A stretch of DNA of 64,000 bases from Macrostomum lignano (lineage: Eukaryota), in NCBI GenBank assembly GCA_002269645.1, contig NIVC01002045.1, forward strand, positions 124,001 through 188,000. Direction: 5' to 3'. The position numbers and the translations under genes are program-made. Under the pieces are notes generated by a model that was given only the letters and a program-made list of their open reading frames with translations, was not told the DNA's origin and did not search any database. Below, piece after piece: positions 56,812 through 64,000 of the stretch (positions are counted from its first letter, which is position 1; the number at the start of each line of letters is the position of its first letter).

Positions 56812-59800
56812 TTAAGCATCTCCGGCTGATGCTGGTCTCTCAGTTGCCGCAGGCTGCTGGTCCTCGCCGGCGCCTCCGTTGCACCGGCCGGGAGCAGCGG
56901 CGCTCGCGTCCTCGTCGTCATCGACCTCCTCGTCGAGTCCCCAGGCGTCGCCGTCGTCGCTCCAGCCGTCCGCGGCGTCCGCTTCGCCGACTTCGCCCTC
57001 CGCCATCGCCAAGGCCAGCGCGGCAGACGGCGTCGTCTGCTGCTGCTGCTGCTCTTTAGTTGCCATGGAAACCGACGCCGAAGATGACGCACCGCGGATG
57101 CTGGGCTCCAGTTCGGCCAGAAATTCGTCGATCTGCCGGCCGGCGGCGGTCACCACCGGCTTGATGGTCAGCGCCTCGGCCGTCAGGCCGGCCGTTTGTG
57201 ATGACGAAGGCGGAGGCTGCTTGGACGGTGCGGGCGCCGGCTGGCTGTCCGACGCAGCGATTTCGACGTCCCCAGCGTTACCGGCATCGCTACCGCCGCC
57301 CCCCGCCATCCCGTCGCTCTCCCATTCGTTGCCCCAGTCTGCATCGTCGTCATCCGGGTCGGAGAGCGTCGCCACTGGCGGCGGCCCCTCAGCAACGGTT
57401 GCCAGGCGGGAGTTGTCGTCCTGGGCAGCCGATTTTCTGGGAGGATTGCGGCGGTGAAACCATGAAACCCAATCCCAATGAACCCCAATGAAATCCGGAA
57501 TCCCACACCCAAACCCATACCCAATCCGGAATCCCACACCCAAACCCATACCCAATCCGGAATTCCACACCCAATCCGGAATCCCACACACAAACCCATA
57601 CCCAACCCCACACTCAACCCTACACTCAACCCCACACTCAGCCCCACACTCAACCCCACACCCAATCCCACACCAAGCCCCTCGCTCTCCGGCGGCTCAC
57701 AGTCGGTGCCGGTCCGCCAGAATCCTGGCCGACTCGGCCTCCACCATCGCCGCCTGCCGACGGGCCTCGGCCGCCGCGGCCTCCTCCGGCCCCCTGTAGC
57801 GGTCGCTGAGAGCGGCGAGGTCTCTCAGCGGCAGCGGGGCGGAGCCGGCGCCGCAGCTGCTGCTGCTGTTGAAGCCGCTGTCGCCGACGCCCGCCGCCGT
57901 CCCCAGCTGGTCGGCCGGGTCACCAGGCGCGGCGCCGAGGAGTCGCCGACGCGGCTGGGCGTCGGTGAACAGCGACTGCCTGGCGGCGTCGGCCTTATCG
58001 CCGAACAAAGCGGCGTAGCCGGCCAGCGGCAGGAGGGCGGCGACGGCCAGGTGGGTCCGCGCCACCAGCCGGTCGTGTCGGTCGCGAAGGCCCAGCAGCA
58101 GCTCGGGAATCAGCGAGCGATGCGCGCTGCGGAATGGACGGACGAGTTGCTTTTCTATCCGAGTTTTGTCACTGTTTCTCTGGCTAAATCCTCATTCTTA
58201 TACAGGAATCGCCATTTCCATACCTAAATCCTCATTTCCCGTTCCTAAATCCTCATTTCCAATTCCTAAATCCTCATTTCCCATTCCTAAATCCTCATTT
58301 CCCATTCCTAAATCCTTATTTTTCATTCCAAATCATCATTTCCCATTCCTAAATCCTTATTTCCCATTCCTTAATCTTAATTTCCCATTCCTAAATCCTC
58401 ATTTTCCTCATTTTATGCTCAATCAAAATCCCCATTTCCCCAGAGCGGCTCACCCGGCCCAGTCCAGCAGGTGGCAGTAGGCCGGGAAATGCTCCAGCAG
58501 TGCGCAGCGCACCGGCAGATCCCGGATGCGCAGCACCATGGCCAGGTACGGCACGAGTTCGCGCTGAAAATTGGCCTCGCTTAGTAGGCAGTCGCCGTCT
58601 GGGGGCCTGGCGGCGCCCCGGTAGGGACGCAACAGGTATGGCAACAGGTAAGTGGCTGCCATGGGGTGCGTGAGCGGCAGGCGGCCAAGAAGCAGCCGGC
58701 CGAGGCGCCTGTGGGCGGTCGGTTGGGAAAATTAGTGGGGCGGATTTAGGATCCTCAAGGGCGGATTTAGGATCCTTAAGGGCGGATTTAGGATCCTCAA
58801 GGGCGGATTAAGGATCCTCAAGGGCGGATTTAGGATCCTTAAGGGCGGATTTAGGATCCTCAAGGGCGGATTTAGGATCCTCAAGGGCGGATTAAGGATC
58901 CTTAAGGGCGTATTAGCCATCATATAGGATTCTAAAGGGCGGATTTAGGATTTTTAGGGGCGGATTCAGGATTTCCAAGAGCGGATGTAGGCCCCTTAAG
59001 GGCGGATGTAGGATTCTTAGGGGCGGTTTTATGATTCTTAAGGGCGGAAACCCTCACCTGGCAACCAGGCCCTCCGGCAGCTCGAACAAACGACTCTTCA
59101 ACGCCACGTAGAACTGCCTCAGTTCGTCTTCGCTTTTCAACGAGAAGTCGGCCAGAAAGCCGGACAGCTGAGTGAAGCAGTTGGCCGAAAATGCCACGTG
59201 ACGCTGCAGCCGTTTGGCCGGGGTTCGCTCAGTTGGTGAGGCCGAGCACAGGCAGTTCTTGGCCAGGTTGCGCAGCTGGTCTAGGTGCTGCCGCCGCCGC
59301 TGCTGCTGGGGCTGGGGGTCCGGCAGCTTCGAGCATCTGACGGCGTCGATTGCGTCGCAGATGTCGAGGGCGGTGCGGCCCAAGCAGTACAGATCGAAGG
59401 AGTCGCGTCTGTCGGCGCTGAACACGTAGGCCTGCATGGCGGGGGATGGAGATCAGTGTGTTTTTCAAGTCCTTGCTGCGCTACTGCTAGTAGGATGGTA
59501 CAGAATTTTAACTGTAGTTTTTTGTTATAGACCACAGATACTACACTGTACATGTAAGTGTTAAAATAACTAGATCGGCCACTCAGCACGTATGCGTGTA
59601 AGCTACTTGCAGTTCAGTAGTAAGTTAAACAGAAGCATGTTGATGTATTTTTAAAGCCAAGGCTCATTTTATTGGCTCTTACCCGCCCCCTGGCCTAGCT
59701 TAAACCTTTTAACAGTGCCTTTCCCCGCGCCCCGTCCCAATTTTATTGCCTTTCTCGGAATTCCAGCCTAAAGCTGCTATGTACATTTCAGTTGAGTAGC

Positions 59801-62600
59801 TAATGTACATTATGGCTAAACCAATTAGCAAGTTGCTTACGCCTGCAAGCTTGGGCTTCTTATCAAAAATCATTTCAGCTGACTTTATTTTTATAAAATA
59901 GCTTATGTATTCTTTTTTGCTACTGAACTGAAAGTAGGCTGTTTTACTTAGCATATGTATGCCTGAGTGGCCTATCTAGTGTTTTACTGTCTGTGTTTAA
60001 CATGTTCAGGTCAGGGCAGGGGTATTTTTTATCAGGTTTCGCGTTTTGGTCAGGAATAATTTTGATCAGGGGTACTCGTAATTTTGGCTAAATTTTACTC
60101 TTGCTGAATAAAAAACAAGCAGTTTTCGCATAATTTTTGTTAATAATTAACGAAAAGTCAAACCCGGAAATAACGAGATAAAAAATGTTGTGTTTTACAC
60201 TATATTAGCTTATTGACACTTAAAACAAGCCACCAACCTCGTCCCTATCGATTGCGCAATCGCCTAGTCGAGTTCGCACTGTCTTCAGCACATCAGCTGA
60301 CATCTGGCCGAATGGTCGGCATAGCTCGAAGCCGCCCAGCTTCCACTGGCCCTGGCTGGTGCAGAACAGACTGCGCTGGCACACATTATTGTGGGACAGC
60401 TGCGCCTGCGGCAGGGGTGGATTGGAGCGGATTCTACATTTTCCTGTTTGGGGGCGATTCTTGTGGCCATTTTATGGCAATTTTAGAGCGATTCTTGTGA
60501 AAAGTTTGTGGCGATTTTGGGGCGATTTTTGTGACCAGTTTTGTGCGTTTCTTGCGACCACTTTGGGGTGATTTATAATTTTTGTGATGAGTTTGGGGCG
60601 ATTATTGTGACCAGTTTGTGACAAGTTTCAGGCGATTCTCGTGACGAGTTTGGGGCGATTTTTGTGACCAGTTTGGGGCGATTCTTGTGACCAGTTTGGT
60701 GCGTTTCTTGTGACCAATTTGGGGCGATTCTTGTGACGAGTTTGGGGAAATTTTTGTGACCAGTTTGTGACAAGTTTCAGGCGATTCTCGTGACGAGTTT
60801 GGGGCGATTTTTGTGACCAGTTTGGGATGGTTCTTGGGACCAATTTGAGGCGATTCTTGTGACCAATTTGGGGCAATTCTTGTGACCAGTTTGGGGCGAT
60901 TCTTGTGACCAGTTTGAGGCGATTCTTGTGACCAGTTTGGGGCGATTCTTGTGACCAGTTTGGGGCGATTCTTGTGACCAGTTTGGGGCGATTCTTGTGA
61001 CCAGTTTGGGGCGATTCTTGTGACCAGTTTGGGGCGATTCTTGTGACCAGTTTGAGGCGATTCTTGTGACCAGTTTGGGGCGATTCTTGTGACCAGTTTG
61101 GGGCGATTCTTGTGACCAGTTTGAGGCGATTCTTGTGACCAGTTTGAGGCGATTCTTGTGACCAGTTTGAGGCGATTCTTGTGACTAATTTGGGGCGATT
61201 CTTGTGACCAGTTTGAGGCGATTCTTGTGACTAATTTGGGGCGATTCTTGTGACCAATTTGGGGCGATTCTTGTGACGAGTTTGGGCGATTTTCGCAAAT
61301 TTAGGACGATTCTTAAGGCGATTCTTGTGAAAAGTTCTTAAACAATTAACTGGTTCTTAGAAGTTTCTGGGACAATCCTTCCTGAGGGATTTCAATTCAT
61401 GAGGGTGAGGTCAGTTTTCACAGCAAGCTGGTGGAACCAACTGTAGCATGCAGGAAGGCCAGAGCAGAGCAGATGCTGTGGACGCCCTGAACTGCTTCAT
61501 CTGGGTAGAGGTCAGGCAGGTAATCCTCCAATGGTGACACCAGCTCGGTGACGATTCCCGTTAGCCAGGACTGCCGTATTGAGTCCAGGAACTTCACTAT
61601 AGAAGGGTGGCGCACCGATTTGAGTACCTGCGGTTTTTCAATGGAAAAAATTTAGTCATTAGACTATGACTGAGCTGGGCTAAGCAAGGTTCACTGACTC
61701 CAAATTGAAATACTTGTCTAAATTTTAAACTCTTATTAGTTGCTACTTATTAATAAAAATATTTAATCTTATTAGTTAGGTAGTATATAAAATTTAATAT
61801 AATTTGATTCTCCAATGGCTTATGAACAAGTAAAGTCTAAGTCAAATGTATTTCAATTTTCAAATTTAAATAAGATAATAATTACTAAATTTTTTCATAA
61901 AAATATGTTCTAATTATATAATATATATTATATATTTTTAATTTTTTTAATCTCAATATAATAAAAAGTATATTTAATAATATTTTTATAAATATTAACT
62001 GATATGGCTAACTTACCTAACTAGCTACATTTTATAGATATTTTCATCAGTCTACTATTGAAACTAGTAAGTATACATCACAAGCCAATATCTTAGATTA
62101 TATAAAATTCAATATATCTAAGCTAAGTGGGTTGATCTATTGGTTTAATGTGTATCTCCTCCTAGATGGCTGGCAACTCAAAATCTCAAATGTGAAACTT
62201 ATATGTATCAAAGCAAAATTTTCCTCTGTAACAAAATTTTTATGTTGAAAATTTCAAAATTTATTTCATATAAATGTAACAAACCTTCTTTATTTCATAA
62301 TAAATCACACTTTATTTTGATTTTTCTTTTATATTAATAACAATGATCAATATAACAATATTGATAGAATTTAAAATAACTTACAAGGGCATTACTGAAG
62401 CACTCATTTGCAATTGCTTCTTCGTTGCTTTTATATATGAAGCATGTCAAAGATGAGTTTATATGGGAAGACTTAACAAATTTATGATTAGCTTCAGTAA
62501 CATGGAATGTTGAATACTCAATGCTGTAGCTTCCAAACTTGTGAGTCTGCATATCATTAAAAGCAAACTCTGAGGCACTAACTGAAACATCGTTACCCAT
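56812..62600 (-). CDS. SCYL3: SCY1-like pseudokinase SCYL3/PACE1 (exons 62600-62385, 61627-61442, 60405-60238, 59431-59058, 58708-58454, 58126-57701, 57436-56812)
   Basis: N-terminal MG (myristoylation-type). Motifs LKSVRHPSIVKFL, AFLH..QLSHNNVC..SLF....QWKLGGFE and HEAT-region ELLLGLRDTDRLV. Acidic C-terminal tail. All phases consistent. Confidence 0.9.
57470..57680. repeat. C/A-rich 31-bp and 12-bp repeats, SCYL3 intron 6
   Basis: CCCAATCCGGAATCCCACACCCAAACCCATA about 3 times, then CTCAACCCCACA about 5 times. Confidence 0.85.
58185..58440. repeat. 21-bp repeat CCTAAATCCTCATTTCCCATT, SCYL3 intron 5
   Basis: About 11 copies. Confidence 0.9.
58735..59045. repeat. 21-bp repeat AAGGGCGGATT(T/A)AGGATCCT(C/T), SCYL3 intron 4
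   Basis: About 14 copies. Confidence 0.93.
60520..61330. repeat. 23-bp repeat GTGACCAGTTTG(G/A)GGCGATTCTT, SCYL3 intron 2
   Basis: About 34 copies. Confidence 0.95.
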
Positions 62601-63226
62601 ATCTTTAAAACGTATGCTTTATCTGCGTACTTTTGTAAAAATTAGTTTAAATAATTACGGTGGTGTTACTTCATAAGTTCATCCATCATGTCATACCAGA
62701 AAAAAGACAATAAAATTAAAAAGATATACTGTGCTAGTTTATGCACATGATACACAAAACATGCCTATAAATAGTAAGCTATCGCGTTCGCCCCAACTAC
62801 AAGCTATGAATGAATATACTGCTTAGCATTAAACATGCCATACAGAGAAGTAACTGCCTATAACTGGAGTGCTTTGCAATAAAAACTTATTTGCTAATCA
62901 AATAGTGAAGTCAGTTCATGAAATTCGTTTCTTAGACATTTTTCTTTTTATTTTCGTAGGTAAAATATTAGTTAACATAACAAAAGCAACACAACTAGAA
63001 TCAACTTTAAGAACTGTGTTTAAGTTTTCTAATCATGGGCTAAGTGTTTTATAAATTACTAAATGCGCCACGTTAAGTAATTATTTTGTTGTAAATTGAA
63101 GTTGCTTACATTATCGTAGCAACAAAGCTTTAATTTTAAAATTCTTATCGCAAAAAATTTAATATTTTTTGTCACTTTGTGGTATACACTTTTTCAGGAT
63201 ATCAGCAACTTTTTTCTGTAGAGATC
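62601..63226. promoter_or_regulatory. Putative AT-rich bidirectional promoter region between SCYL3 and AK8
   Basis: Head-to-head start codons 626 bp apart. No specific motif identified. Confidence 0.5.
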
Positions 63227-63924
63227 ATGGATCAGACCGCAAAACCTCTTCAGATTCCGCCAACCTTTGCTCTTTATGCAGAGAAGCACAACTTGTTCGA
63301 CTTGTACCATGTAAGTCGCTATCTAATGGGCATACCGTTTCATCAGTCTGTTGGCAAAGACAAAACTATACAAAAGTTAGTGAAACATTGTCCTTGCCAA
63401 ATCTCTGCTAGGAAAAAATAAAACAAAAATGGCTTAAAAGAAGTAGAAAACTTTGTTGTTAACGGGAAGCTAATAAGCGTTATATAATACGCGAAATAGA
63501 ACTTAGCATTAGCAATTGTATGATTTTATCATGTGTGTGTCATCACAGTATTACTTAGCTCGTAGTCTTTCTAGCTGGGCGAGTGAGTGACTGAGCATTC
63601 CATTCTCGTTTCAGCCTCGGTTTCAAGGCACATTCAGACCTCCTGAACTATTTTTCTCACTATGGTTTTTTCCAGGATCTGATTTCGCAGCTGCTGATTC
63701 ATAAGCCGGCAGATCCACTGCAGTTTTTAATTGAATCCCTGGAGAAGGACAATGCTCGTGTGAGCACCGTCATGGTACTTGGACCTCCAGCCTCTGGCAA
63801 GCACACCATCGGCAAGATGCTGGCCGGTCGGCTGCGCTGCCCGCACCTAACTATGCAGAATATGATCCCGGAGGTGGACCGCAAACTGAGACAGAAGGCT
63901 GAGTTCTACCTGGCGGAGAAGCAG
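63227..63924 (+). CDS. AK8: Adenylate kinase 8, 5' part (exons 63227-63310, 63676-63924; continues beyond the window)
   Basis: MDQTAKPLQIPPTFALYAEKHNLFDLYH|DLISQLLIHKPADPLQFLIESL (Dpy30/RIIa-like docking region) followed by P-loop VLGPPASGKHTI. Confidence 0.9.
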
Positions 63925-64000
63925 GTAGGGCCTTCACATTGAAATGAACGGGTTTCCGGAGCCAATAAATTAGAATTCTGAGCCAATCAATTAGAACTCA

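Overview
Eukaryotic genomic DNA with GC-rich exons, spliceosomal introns and many 20-43 bp minisatellites. This style suggests a flatworm such as Macrostomum, but that is an inference. By reading splice sites by hand I reconstructed ten protein-coding genes: a SoxF-like HMG factor (+), a calmodulin-like EF-hand protein (+), ATP synthase F1 alpha (-), OXA1L (-), PEX1 (-), a tandem two-domain SCP/calexcitin-like EF-hand protein (+), an intronless Myb/SANT-like (MSANTD/NAIF1-type) gene (+), TLCD5/TMEM136 (-), SCYL3 (-) and the first two exons of AK8 (+). Mobile elements are an internally deleted Helitron and a tRNA-SINE-like repeat in OXA1L intron 3, a young non-autonomous LTR element (TRIM) just upstream of PEX1, a TIR MITE with an 8-bp TSD, a solo LTR with a 4-bp TSD, and a full-length but disabled piggyBac in TLCD5 intron 1. 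About 19 of the 32 introns carry their own tandem array. The most interesting leads are: a SINE-like family whose 3' part maps onto a (degenerate) type I hammerhead topology; a roughly 120-copy hairpin array with a 7-nt variable cassette; unrelated introns sharing minisatellite cores; C-rich 3' splice sites; AT-rich 5' gene ends; and an LTR promoter aimed at PEX1. No prokaryotic systems or true CRISPR arrays are present. All identifications come from motif recognition, not database searches, and array boundaries are approximate.
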